This document shows positions 48,959 to 58,323 of a stretch of 64,000 nt of DNA, piece by piece. This DNA comes from Acidobacteriota bacterium (GTDB lineage Bacteria; Acidobacteriota; UBA890; WLXD01). Position numbers and translations under genes: made by a program. The stretch is taken from positions 3,488,001 to 3,552,000 of the forward strand of contig CBDFKD010000002.1 in the NCBI GenBank assembly GCA_965248695.1, in the 5' to 3' direction. Numbering within the stretch: position 1 is the stretch's first letter; each line of letters starts with the position of its first letter. The notes under the pieces were generated by a model, which saw only the letters and a program-made list of their open reading frames with translations, ran no database searches and had not been told where the DNA came from.

Positions 48959-50386
48959 TCATTGCTCGAACACCTGGAATCCGAAGATGCAGGTATCGGT
49001 CGAGCAGCCAGGCATCCGTACTTCCACGGTCCACGTTCCCGCCGTGCCGGCTGCGAACGACAGCACCGGATAATCATCCGGCTCGAAATCGCTGGCGATC
49101 TCATCGGCGTCGGCGTCATAGACCAGCAGATCGACGTCAGCGCAGTCGTTGTCGCAGACGCCGAGAATGAGATAGTCGACGCCACGGCTCACCGGTAAGT
49201 CGAACGACATCGTCCCGTCAGCGTCGATCTCGTCGATGACCGCATCGTAGGCTGGCGTGTACCCGTCGCCCATCTCACGCCGCGCCGACGCCAGCTGTGC
49301 CTCGACCTGGTGGACCCACTCGGACCCGCCCTCGTGATCTGTCGGCGTTGACGAGCTCGACTCGGGAATCGCAACAGCGACATATTGCGGGCTGTCCCGG
49401 TAGTTGCGCGCGATCTCGTTGCGGATGTTCTCGATGCGATCCGACGGACGTGAATGGCTGCCGAAGAAGAAGTTCGTGATCTTGTCGGACTCGCCGTAGC
49501 GGTCGCGGAACTTGGCCCAGAGCGGCACGCCAGCGCCGACGTTGTAGCCGCCCTCGTAGGCGTAGCGCAGACCGACGCGGTCCGCCTGGTCCTCCAGCCC
49601 CCGGCTATAGCCGCTACCCCACACCGTCATTCCGAGCCCGGCCGCCACCGTCGCGATACCGCTGCCCACATCGCTGTCGATCACCTCAGCCGCGAGAACA
49701 GCGGCGAGACCCGCCAGTCCCTGCCACATGCTGGTCTTGGCCTGCCGACGGGAGTGCTCGTGCGTGTAGTGGGCCAGCTCGTGGCCGAGCACCACGGCGA
49801 GCTCATCGTCGGTCATGCTGTCGATCAGCCCGGTGTACACCCAGATGGCGCCGTTACCCATCGCGGCGGCGTTCCACTCATCGGTCTCCACCACGTGGAC
49901 ACGCACCTGCTTGTCGTAGTCGACGTAGGGGGGCACCAGACGTTGCATGATTGAGCGCACGCGGTCGGCATGCTGCCCTGAATCCGCCAGGCGCCCAACG
50001 GTGATCTCGTCGCCGTCTTCCCCGGGCTCGAACATCCGACCCTGGTTCACCCAGACGTCCTCGATCTCGTTGGTGGCCGCCAGCACATCGCCCTCGAACA
50101 TGGCATCGCCGTTGGGCTTGGCCGCGATCTCGCGCGCCAGGATCGCGCCGTCGGGCTGCAGGTCGCCCTTGGCCTCCACCTCGTAGCCGAGCGGAATCGA
50201 GCCCAGGTCGGTGATGTCGCGGCCCTTGAATCTCGTCCCCGAGTGAACACGGACGCGTTGACCTTCGACGACGATCTCGTTGCCGCGGCGCCACTCGGCG
50301 AACCCCTTGACCGTCTCCTCGGCCGCGGCGAAGGTCGGCACCGCCAGCGCCATTACGACGGCCAGCATGAGAGTGCGTCGGAGCAT
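48959..50386 (-). CDS. Exported M48 metalloprotease with DUF5666-like N-domain and PPC-like C-domain
   Basis: LGHELAHYTHEH, YSRGLEDQADRVG; C-terminal GVCDNDCADVDLLVYD...MPGCSTDTC. Confidence 0.9.
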   Translation of the reverse strand: MLRRTLMLAVVMALAVPTFAAAEETVKGFAEWRRGNEIVVEGQRVRVHSGTRFKGRDITDLGSIPLGYEVEAKGDLQPDGAILAREIAAKPNGDAMFEGDVLAATNEIEDVWVNQGRMFEPGEDGDEITVGRLADSGQHADRVRSIMQRLVPPYVDYDKQVRVHVVETDEWNAAAMGNGAIWVYTGLIDSMTDDELAVVLGHELAHYTHEHSRRQAKTSMWQGLAGLAAVLAAEVIDSDVGSGIATVAAGLGMTVWGSGYSRGLEDQADRVGLRYAYEGGYNVGAGVPLWAKFRDRYGESDKITNFFFGSHSRPSDRIENIRNEIARNYRDSPQYVAVAIPESSSSTPTDHEGGSEWVHQVEAQLASARREMGDGYTPAYDAVIDEIDADGTMSFDLPVSRGVDYLILGVCDNDCADVDLLVYDADADEIASDFEPDDYPVLSFAAGTAGTWTVEVRMPGCSTDTCIFGFQVFEQ

Positions 50387-50630
50387 GGCGTCGAGAACCC
50401 TTTCCGTCGGTAGCGGGGTATTGGGTGTCGGTAGCGTGGTATTTGGGCGGCAGCCCGGTGTGCGAGGCTCCAGTAAACGCTAGCATCACGGTCGCCGTGC
50501 TGTCAGCTGGTCGCGGGCGGGCGGGCACTCGATTCCACTATGCCGGCGGGCTCGACGGGCTATGGTTATGTTCGGTCGCCGGGGGGCGGCGACGCGTGCG
50601 GCGGGTTTCTGCAGGGGATGACCGTCTCGG

Positions 50631-52481
50631 ATGACTGTGCTTCCGTTCGATATCGGCACCGGCACGGACGACTTGTTGGAAGTGGTGCGCCGTTACTGGG
50701 GCTTCGACTCCCTGCGGCCATTGCAACAGGACGCCATCCGCGCCGAGCTAGACCGGCGGGATTCACTCGTCGTGCTACCGACGGGAGGCGGCAAATCGCT
50801 CTGCTACCAGGTACCGCCGCTGCTCGCCGGACGCACCGATATCGTCGTCTCGCCGCTGATCTCCCTGATGAAGGACCAGGTGGACGGCCTGCGAGCCAAC
50901 GGCTACCCGGCCGCCAGCCTGCACAGCGCCCAGGACCCGGGAGAGCGCGCCGAATCGCAGCGCTTCATCGCCTCGGGCGATTGCAGGCTGGTGTTCGTAT
51001 CGCCCGAGCGACTGGTTAGCTCGTGGTTCCTGGAGACGGTCGAGCAACTCCAGATCCGCAGCTTTGCGGTCGACGAAGCTCATTGCATCAGTCACTGGGG
51101 CCACGATTTCCGTCCCGAGTACCGCCAGCTGGCGGTGCTCAAGCAGCGTATCCCCGGTGCCAGCCTGCACGCCTACACGGCCACAGCCACCGAACGCGTA
51201 CGCGCCGATATCGTCGATCAGCTGGGGCTCGAGTCCCCGGCGGTCCTGGTCGGAAGCTTCGACCGACCGAACCTCATCTACAGGCTGGTACCTCGGCTCG
51301 AGCTGCGAGCCCAGGTTCTCGAAACCCTCGAGCGGCACGCCAACGAAGCGGTGATCGTGTACTGCATCAGCCGCAAGGACACTGAGCGGCTGGCCGAAGG
51401 CCTCCAGAGCCGAGGCCATCGCGCCGCCTACTACCATGCCGGCCTCGAGCCTGGTGAGCGCGGCCGCACGCAGGACGCGTTCGCAAACGAGGAGATCGAT
51501 GTCATCGTCGCCACGGTCGCCTTCGGCATGGGGATTGACCGCAGCGATGTTCGCGCCGTGATCCACGCCGCGATGCCGAAGTCGGTGGAGCACTACCAGC
51601 AGGAGACCGGCCGTGCCGGACGCGACGGGCTAGCGGCCGAGTGTGTGTTGTTGCATTCGCCTGCCGACGCTCTGCGCTGGCGAACCGTTCTCGAACGCAG
51701 CGACGTTGATGATGCAAGCAACGAGGGGCTCGCTGCAGCACTCGGCCTGCTAGATGAGATGCGGCGGTTCTGCGCCCCTGGCACGTGCCGGCACCGCTCG
51801 CTCACCGAGTATTTCGGACAGCGGTACGAACCGCCCAATGCCGATGGGTGCGGCGCCTGTGATGTCTGCCTGGGCGAGACCGAGGGGCTCATCGACGGTA
51901 CCCGCGAGGCACAGATGGTGCTGTCATGCGTCGCCCGCGTCGGCCAGTCCTATGGCATGGGTCACGTCGTCGATGTGCTGCGCGGCGCCGATACCGAACG
52001 CATCCGCTCGCTCGGCCACCAGACCCTGAGCACCTACGGACTGATTCCCGATCGCACGCGTACGGAGTTGATGAACCTGACGTTCCAGCTGCTGGATCAG
52101 CGCCTTCTCCATCGCAGCGAGGGCGAGTACCCCGTGCTACAGCTGAACGACGCGTCGCTCGAGGTGTTGCGCAGCGAGCGCGAGGTCCAGCTGGTACCCG
52201 TCAAGACGCGCAGGGTGCGCACCACCCGCGGCGAGGCGGAGTCGTGGGAGGGCGTCGACCGCGAGCTGTTCGAGGATCTGCGCTCCCTGCGGACGCGTTT
52301 GGCGCGCGAGCGCAACGTCCCCCCGTACGTCATCTTCAGCGACGCGAGCCTGCGTGACATGGCACGCAAGAAGCCGGCCAGCCCGGAGCAATTCCTCCAG
52401 GTGCATGGTGTGGGCGAGAAGAAGCTAGCCGACCTCGGCGAGACCTTCCTCGCCTGCATCGCAGAGTCCGCGCCGAGCTAG
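50631..52481 (+). CDS. recQ: ATP-dependent DNA helicase RecQ
   Basis: PTGGGKSLCYQ, VDEAHCISHWGHDFRPEY, AFGMGID, QETGRAGRDG, CGACDVC, RQC and HRDC (VPPYVIFSDASL). Confidence 0.97.
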   Translation: MTVLPFDIGTGTDDLLEVVRRYWGFDSLRPLQQDAIRAELDRRDSLVVLPTGGGKSLCYQVPPLLAGRTDIVVSPLISLMKDQVDGLRANGYPAASLHSAQDPGERAESQRFIASGDCRLVFVSPERLVSSWFLETVEQLQIRSFAVDEAHCISHWGHDFRPEYRQLAVLKQRIPGASLHAYTATATERVRADIVDQLGLESPAVLVGSFDRPNLIYRLVPRLELRAQVLETLERHANEAVIVYCISRKDTERLAEGLQSRGHRAAYYHAGLEPGERGRTQDAFANEEIDVIVATVAFGMGIDRSDVRAVIHAAMPKSVEHYQQETGRAGRDGLAAECVLLHSPADALRWRTVLERSDVDDASNEGLAAALGLLDEMRRFCAPGTCRHRSLTEYFGQRYEPPNADGCGACDVCLGETEGLIDGTREAQMVLSCVARVGQSYGMGHVVDVLRGADTERIRSLGHQTLSTYGLIPDRTRTELMNLTFQLLDQRLLHRSEGEYPVLQLNDASLEVLRSEREVQLVPVKTRRVRTTRGEAESWEGVDRELFEDLRSLRTRLARERNVPPYVIFSDASLRDMARKKPASPEQFLQVHGVGEKKLADLGETFLACIAESAPS

Positions 52482-52504
52482 CACCGGCGCGGTCGCAGCC
52501 CCGA

Positions 52505-53218
52505 TCAGCGCTGGAACATCTCGACGATCTCGACTTCGAAGATCAGGGAGTCTCCCGGCTGGATTACGCCGCCGGGGCGCGGGTTGTCGCCGTACGCCAG
52601 ATCGGTCGGGATGTACAGCTTGTGCTTCGAGCCCAGCGACATCAGCTGCAGCCCCTCGGTCCAACCGGCGATGACCTGGTTCACGGCGAACTGCGACGGG
52701 TTGTCGGGTTCGGTCTCGTCGAACAGGTCGCCGTTGATGCGCGTGCCGCGATAGAGGACCTTGACCACATCGGTCTCCTTCGCCAGCGATCCGTCGCCCT
52801 CGACCAGAACCTCATACTGCAACCCGCTCGCCGTCACGCGCACGCCTTCTCGCCGTGCGTTGTCCTCCAGGAAAGCCGCCCCGGCAGCGCGATTCTCGGT
52901 CCCCATTCCTGCCCGCGCCTCGGTCATAATCTCGCTGAACGCCAGCATCGCCTGCTGCCTCTCGACCTCCGTCATGCGGCTCTCGGCGCCGATCAGACCG
53001 TCGCGGATGCCGGCAAACAGGGCGTCGTGATCGAGCGGCATGGAGCTTCCCTGCTTGCCGATGCCCCAGCCGTAGCCGTAGCTGCCCCGCTGCTCCGGGG
53101 TTTCCAACTCAACGTCAGCGCTCGACGGCGTTGCCGACGAGCTGGAAGAGGTCTCGGCCGGCTGGCAGCCCACCGCCGCAACACAGACGACAAGTATGAG
53201 AGAGCACCATTGCTTCAT
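52505..53218 (-). CDS. FKBP-type peptidyl-prolyl isomerase (FkpA/Mip-like), lipoprotein
   Basis: Lipobox AVGC; SYGYG, TASGLQYEVL, VIAGWTEGL, LAYG, LIFEVE. Confidence 0.93.
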   Translation of the reverse strand: MKQWCSLILVVCVAAVGCQPAETSSSSSATPSSADVELETPEQRGSYGYGWGIGKQGSSMPLDHDALFAGIRDGLIGAESRMTEVERQQAMLAFSEIMTEARAGMGTENRAAGAAFLEDNARREGVRVTASGLQYEVLVEGDGSLAKETDVVKVLYRGTRINGDLFDETEPDNPSQFAVNQVIAGWTEGLQLMSLGSKHKLYIPTDLAYGDNPRPGGVIQPGDSLIFEVEIVEMFQR

Positions 53219-53281
53219 TCGGAAATCCTCCGCCACAGCCCCTGAGTAACCGGTCGAGAAGCTAGCACGAGCGACCGGCGC

Positions 53282-53974
53282 TCATTCGCCGCCCAACTCG
53301 ATCAGGCGCCGGTACAACAACAGGTTGAACTCGGCGCCGGTGATACCGGTATGCAGCAGCGGATCGTCGGTCTCTGGCTCGATCTCCAGCGCCGCCGACA
53401 AGCCGGCACCGTAGACCTGACGGTAGCCCATCGACCAGGCCATGGATGGCAGATCAAGCAGGTGATAGGAGACCAGGTCGACCTGTAGCTCGCGCCAGTC
53501 GCGATGGGCCGCACGGAAGAGATGATCCAGGAAGGCAGCGTCGAACCACACGTTGAACGCGGTCAGCAAGATCATCCGTTGGTCCGCGTTCGATCGCAGG
53601 AACTCGACGATCTCCTCGACCGCCTGCTCAACTGGAACCGCGGCCAGACTCTCCCATCGATCCGGCGCGAAGCCGTTCACAGCCGCCGCACCCGGCGACA
53701 GGCGCTCCGGGTGCTCGGGCATGATGCGGCGGAACAGACGCGCCACCTCGACGCCCTGCAGGTCGGACAGGATCAGGCCGATGTCGATCATCTCGTGATG
53801 ACCCGGCGTCAGGCCGGTAGTCTCTGCGTCCAGGAACGCCAGCAACCAGCGATCCGGCGCATCGGAGGGCAGCACGAGCTGTGGGCCGGCAGCGGCGCTG
53901 CCGGCCCACAGCAGGCTCGCTGCGTACACTCCAATCATTACCCGTGTGTGCCCACGCCTCGGTCGATGAATCAT
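53282..53974 (-). CDS. DEDD 3'-5' exonuclease-fold protein with signal peptide
   Basis: GGGAGG RBS; AASLLWAGSAAA signal-like; ExoI FLDAETTGL, ExoII AFNVWFDAAFL, ExoIII-like LHTGITGA. Confidence 0.8.
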   Translation of the reverse strand: MIHRPRRGHTRVMIGVYAASLLWAGSAAAGPQLVLPSDAPDRWLLAFLDAETTGLTPGHHEMIDIGLILSDLQGVEVARLFRRIMPEHPERLSPGAAAVNGFAPDRWESLAAVPVEQAVEEIVEFLRSNADQRMILLTAFNVWFDAAFLDHLFRAAHRDWRELQVDLVSYHLLDLPSMAWSMGYRQVYGAGLSAALEIEPETDDPLLHTGITGAEFNLLLYRRLIELGGE

Positions 53975-54100
53975 CGCTACCTCCCGTCCTGGTCTGGTGC
54001 GGGCGTCAGCTCTGGTCCGCCACGCCGCCTCTCGGGGGGTACGGTATCCTGCGGCAGCACGCCTACCCGATCCGAACTCGGCTGACAAAAGGAACTTCCC

Positions 54101-55393
54101 ATGACCCGTCCCGGCTCGATGCATCGCCTGCTCGTGTTGACCGCTCTTGTGTGCGCGCTGGCGCTGTCGAATGTCGCGCTCGCGCAGCAGCTTCCGGTAG
54201 CAGTTCCGGAAGCCGTGGGCGTCTCGAGTACACGCCTGGATCGCTTGAGCGACGTTCTGCGGGGCTACGTCGACGGCGGCCAGCTTTCGGGCTTGGTAGC
54301 GCTGCTCACCCGCCGCGGGCGGGTCGTCTATCACGAGGCGTTCGGGCAGCGCGATGTGGAGAGCGGGGCACCGATGCAGCGCGATGCCATCTTCCGGATC
54401 GCCTCCCAATCCAAGGCCGTGACCAGCGTCGCGGCGATGATGCTGATCGAGGAGGGACGCATGCTGCTCTCCGACCCGGTCGGCAAGTACCTGCCGGCGT
54501 ACGCCGAGACCTCGGTTGCGATCGTCGGAGACGATGGCGGCTACGACATCGAGGAGTCCAGGCGGCCGATCACGGTGCGTGATCTGCTGACACACTCTGC
54601 CGGCATCTCGTACGGCGACGGCCCGGCAATCGCCGCCTACAAAGAAGCCGGGATCTACGGCTGGTATTTCGCCGACCGGGACGAGCCCATCGGCACCACG
54701 GTGGATCAACTGGCAACGCTGCCGTTCAACGCGCATCCAGGCGACGAATGGATCTATGGATACGCTAGCGACATTCTCGGAGCGTTGATCGAACGTGTCG
54801 CGGGAACCGATCTCGACTCGTTCTTTCAGCAGAGGATTCTCGATCCTCTCGGCATGGTCGACACGCACTTCTACCTGCCAATGGGAAAGCGTGACCGACT
54901 TACGACGGTCTACGCCGCCACGCCCGATGGTGGCATCGAGCGGTCGCCGGACATCGGCGACAGCATGCTCGTTCAAGGTGCCTACGTAGAAGGACCGCGC
55001 AAGAGTTTCTCAGGCGGTGCCGGGCTGCTGTCGACCGCTAGCGACTACGCACGCTTCCTGCAGATGCTGCTCGAGGGTGGCGAGCTCGACGGCGAGCGTC
55101 TCCTGAGCCCGAAGACGGTCGAGCTGATGACCGTCAATCACGTCGGCCAGCGCTTCGCCTGGGGCTCCGGAGCCGGTTTCGGCCTCGGGTTTGCCGTGAC
55201 GCTGGATCTCGGTGCAACCGGTCAGCACGGCAGTGACGGCACGTTCAGCTGGGGTGGCGCTTACCACACGACCTACTGGGTCGACCCGGCCGAGGAGCTC
55301 GTAGCAGTGCTCATGACGCAGTTGATTCCGGCCGGCAACAGCGACCTGCATCAGAAGTTCCAGGCGCTGGTCTATCAGAGCCTCGTTCGCTAG
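54101..55393 (+). CDS. Serine hydrolase (class C beta-lactamase/EstB-like), exported
   Basis: IFRIASQSK (SxxK), LLTHSAG, WIYG, SGGAGLLST, FSWGG. Confidence 0.93.
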   Translation: MTRPGSMHRLLVLTALVCALALSNVALAQQLPVAVPEAVGVSSTRLDRLSDVLRGYVDGGQLSGLVALLTRRGRVVYHEAFGQRDVESGAPMQRDAIFRIASQSKAVTSVAAMMLIEEGRMLLSDPVGKYLPAYAETSVAIVGDDGGYDIEESRRPITVRDLLTHSAGISYGDGPAIAAYKEAGIYGWYFADRDEPIGTTVDQLATLPFNAHPGDEWIYGYASDILGALIERVAGTDLDSFFQQRILDPLGMVDTHFYLPMGKRDRLTTVYAATPDGGIERSPDIGDSMLVQGAYVEGPRKSFSGGAGLLSTASDYARFLQMLLEGGELDGERLLSPKTVELMTVNHVGQRFAWGSGAGFGLGFAVTLDLGATGQHGSDGTFSWGGAYHTTYWVDPAEELVAVLMTQLIPAGNSDLHQKFQALVYQSLVR

Positions 55394-55557
55394 CAGACCG
55401 TGGTGGAAGTGTCGCAACCCTTTGGGCGACAAGGGGTTGCGCGCGTATGCTGCGTCGTTCGTCGTCAACGATGGGGTAACCATCGCCTCCTCCTCTCTCC
55501 TTGCCTCCACCTCGCAAGACCCTGTCGCCAGGCCCGCCACACTTCCACCACGGCCTG
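55394..55557. mobile_element. MITE (non-autonomous, IS5/IS1182-like ends) with CTAG duplication
   Basis: TIRs CAGACCGTGGTGGAAGTGT (55394-55412) and ACACTTCCACCACGGCCTG (55539-55557) match 18/19; flanked by CTAG at 55390-55393 and 55558-55561; two internal hairpins. Confidence 0.8.
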
Positions 55558-55601
55558 CTAGCCCGGTGGCGCTCGCGAATCGTCTATTTGCGGCAAACGA
55601 G

Positions 55602-58079
55602 CTAGCTGACCTCGACCGTACCGGGCACAGGATCGCCTGCTGTCATCGCCCGGTACTCGTCGGGAGTGAATGAGTCGACCTGGATGACGTCGTCGCGGGC
55701 CGCCTCGGCGGCGCGCAACAGCTCGGCTTCCGCGGCCGTGATCAGGCCGGCAGCCACGGCGTCGCCAACGAGGGTAGCGGGATCGGCCTTCGGCAACTGT
55801 CGGTCGCGCACCGCCGCTTTGATCTTGCGAGCCACCCCCTCGGCCTCGAAGCTGAGCTCGAATGCCTGCTCCAGCCGTCCCAAGCTCTGGGTGGCGCTGT
55901 CGGGCAGATAGATGCCGGCGGTCAGTCGATCGCGCTGCTCGCCCGGCGTCTGCAGGATACGCGCTACCATACCGGCAAGGCGATCGTCCGGGCGTTGCCC
56001 GATGCGGTTCCAGCGCGCGAACGCCGCCACCGGGCCGCGAAGTAGCGGGCCCAGGAACGGGGCGTCGAGATTCTGCAGTATCCCCTCGAGCGCCTCCTGG
56101 ATACGCGCGAACGCGTCCATCATCGACCAGTGCAGCAGCGGCAGGTCCTCCAGGCGTCGCCCCTCGGCCTCGAAGCGGCGCAGCACGGCGCTCCCGAGGT
56201 ACATCCAGGAGAACACGTCGGCGAAGCGTCCGGTCAGCGCGCCCTTGCGTTTGAGCTGCCCACCGAGCGTCGACATCGCCAGGTCGGCAAGCAGGGCAAA
56301 CGTGGTCGATGTCCAGGCCAGCTTGCGGTAGTACACCGCCGCCGGACCACTGACCGGCGATCTGGCAAGCCGCCCACGGGTCAGTCCTAGGACGATCGTG
56401 CGGCAGAGGTTACGAACCACCCCGCCGACATGACCGCAGAACGCGGCGTCGAATGCCCGGCGATCATTGGCTGCCAATGCCTCGATCTCGTTGTACGCGA
56501 ACGGGTGGGAGCGGATGGCCCCCTGACCGAAGACGATGAGCGTGCGCGTCAGGATGTTGGCCCCTTCCACCGTGATGCTGACCGGTACTCCGGACCAGCC
56601 GTTGGCGATCAGGTTGCGCGGCCCCTGCATGATCGCGGCGCCGCCCAGAATGTCCATACCGTCTGCAACCGCCCGCCGTGACATCTCGGTCAGGTTGTAC
56701 TTGGCGATCGCGGTGATGACCGCGGGCTGCCCATGCGCGTCCAGCGCGCCGTTGGTGTAGCGGCGCGCCGCCTCCGCTACATAAGCAATTCCGGCGATCC
56801 GCGCCAGCGGCTCCTGGATGCCCTCGAACTTGCCGATCGACATGCCGAACTGGTGGCGCACGGCGGCGTACGCGCCGGCGACGCGAGCAACGAACTTGGC
56901 GCCGCCAGCGGCCGATCCAGGAAGCGAGATTCCGCGGCCGGCCGCGAGACACTCCATGAGCATTTGCCAGCCTCGGCCGGCCCCTTCCGCTCCGCCGATG
57001 ATGGCGTCGATCCCGACCACGACGTCGCTGCCCGTAGTGGGCCCATTGTCGAAGGGAGGGCCGAGCGGATCGTGACGACGACCGACCTCGACACCCGGAG
57101 TAGCAGTCGACACCAGCGCGCAGGTGATGCCGGGTGTCGTCCCCTTCCCCAGCAGGTTCTCAGGGTCGCTGAGCTGGAACGCGATGCCGAGCAGCGTCGA
57201 CACCGGGGCGAGCGTGATGTAGCGCTTGTTCCAGGTCAGTCGGAGCCGGAGCTCGCCGTCGTCGTCCCGGAACACGGTGCCGTCCGATGTCATCGAGCCG
57301 GCATCGGACCCCGCTGTAGGCTCGGTGAGCGCGAAACACGGGATCTCCTCGGCGCGGGCCAGGCGCGGCAGATAGTAGTTCTTCTGCTCCTCCGTGCCGT
57401 AGCGGATGAGCAACTCCGAGGGCCCCAGCGAGTTCGTTACCCCGACGGGTACCTGCAGCTGCGTCGACCGCGACGCCAGCTTGCCGAGCACGGCGCTGTT
57501 GGCGGAAGCGGAGAATCCGAGACCTCCGTACTCCTCGGGAATGATCATGCCAAAAAAGCGGTGCTCGCCGTACAGCTTCCAGACCTGCGCAGGAAGCGCC
57601 CGATCGCGGCACGCCTCGTAGTCGTCGGTAAGGCGGCAGAGTTCCTCGACCGGGCCATCAAGGAACGCTTGCTCCTCGGTGGTCAACCCCGGGTAGGGCT
57701 CAGTTGCCAGACGATGGAGATCGGGCGTGCCGGAGAACAGATCGCGGTCGACCCACACGGTCCCGGCCTCGATGGCGATACGCTCGGTGTCCGAGATCTT
57801 CGGCAACAGCCGCAGCTTGCGAATCGCCCCCATTACCGACGCGATCACCAGCACCCGGCGCAGCGGCCCGAGGTTGAGCACCAGCGCCGGTGTTACGAAC
57901 ACCGCCCAGGCCCAGCTCGGAGCGCCGAGCCCCCAGAGCATGGCCACCCCGGCAAGCGTCCAGATCGGCAGACGAGCCCCACGAAAACCCAACACCAGCG
58001 CCAGGATGCCGGTCGCGGCGATCGTTACCAGGAGCGGTAGAGTTGCCAAGGCTCCGTAGGTGGCGAGAAACGTGTTCAT
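55602..58079 (-). CDS. fadE: Acyl-CoA dehydrogenase, FadE type
   Basis: N-terminal TM; PKISDTERIAIEAG, CFALTEPTAGSDA, WNKRYITLAP, ITVEGANILTR, DVIQVDSF. Confidence 0.95.
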   Translation of the reverse strand: MNTFLATYGALATLPLLVTIAATGILALVLGFRGARLPIWTLAGVAMLWGLGAPSWAWAVFVTPALVLNLGPLRRVLVIASVMGAIRKLRLLPKISDTERIAIEAGTVWVDRDLFSGTPDLHRLATEPYPGLTTEEQAFLDGPVEELCRLTDDYEACRDRALPAQVWKLYGEHRFFGMIIPEEYGGLGFSASANSAVLGKLASRSTQLQVPVGVTNSLGPSELLIRYGTEEQKNYYLPRLARAEEIPCFALTEPTAGSDAGSMTSDGTVFRDDDGELRLRLTWNKRYITLAPVSTLLGIAFQLSDPENLLGKGTTPGITCALVSTATPGVEVGRRHDPLGPPFDNGPTTGSDVVVGIDAIIGGAEGAGRGWQMLMECLAAGRGISLPGSAAGGAKFVARVAGAYAAVRHQFGMSIGKFEGIQEPLARIAGIAYVAEAARRYTNGALDAHGQPAVITAIAKYNLTEMSRRAVADGMDILGGAAIMQGPRNLIANGWSGVPVSITVEGANILTRTLIVFGQGAIRSHPFAYNEIEALAANDRRAFDAAFCGHVGGVVRNLCRTIVLGLTRGRLARSPVSGPAAVYYRKLAWTSTTFALLADLAMSTLGGQLKRKGALTGRFADVFSWMYLGSAVLRRFEAEGRRLEDLPLLHWSMMDAFARIQEALEGILQNLDAPFLGPLLRGPVAAFARWNRIGQRPDDRLAGMVARILQTPGEQRDRLTAGIYLPDSATQSLGRLEQAFELSFEAEGVARKIKAAVRDRQLPKADPATLVGDAVAAGLITAAEAELLRAAEAARDDVIQVDSFTPDEYRAMTAGDPVPGTVEVS

Positions 58080-58323
58080 CTCAGGCCTCGACGGCAGGGG
58101 TGGCAGGCGAGCTCACACCCCTATGGTACGACGATCAGACCGAGCCGTCTGGGCCTCGCGCGCAATGTCCAGATCCACGAGCGCCGCGCGCGATGTTGGG
58201 TATTCCTCCACATTCATCGTGTCTGTTGCCGTAGCCTCCCGGTTGCATCGGAGATCGCATTGAGCGTAGATGCGACCAGACCGACACCGGCCCCAGAGGC
58301 TATTTCAAATCGGAGAACTGTTG

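Noticed and set aside
53975-54976. 564-aa version of the exonuclease
   Set aside because: The upstream part is antisense to the serine hydrolase; an RBS supports ATG 53974
55410-55431. TGTCGC...GCGACA resembling the BlaI operator
   Set aside because: Half-sites are in reversed order and spacing, and lie inside the MITE hairpin
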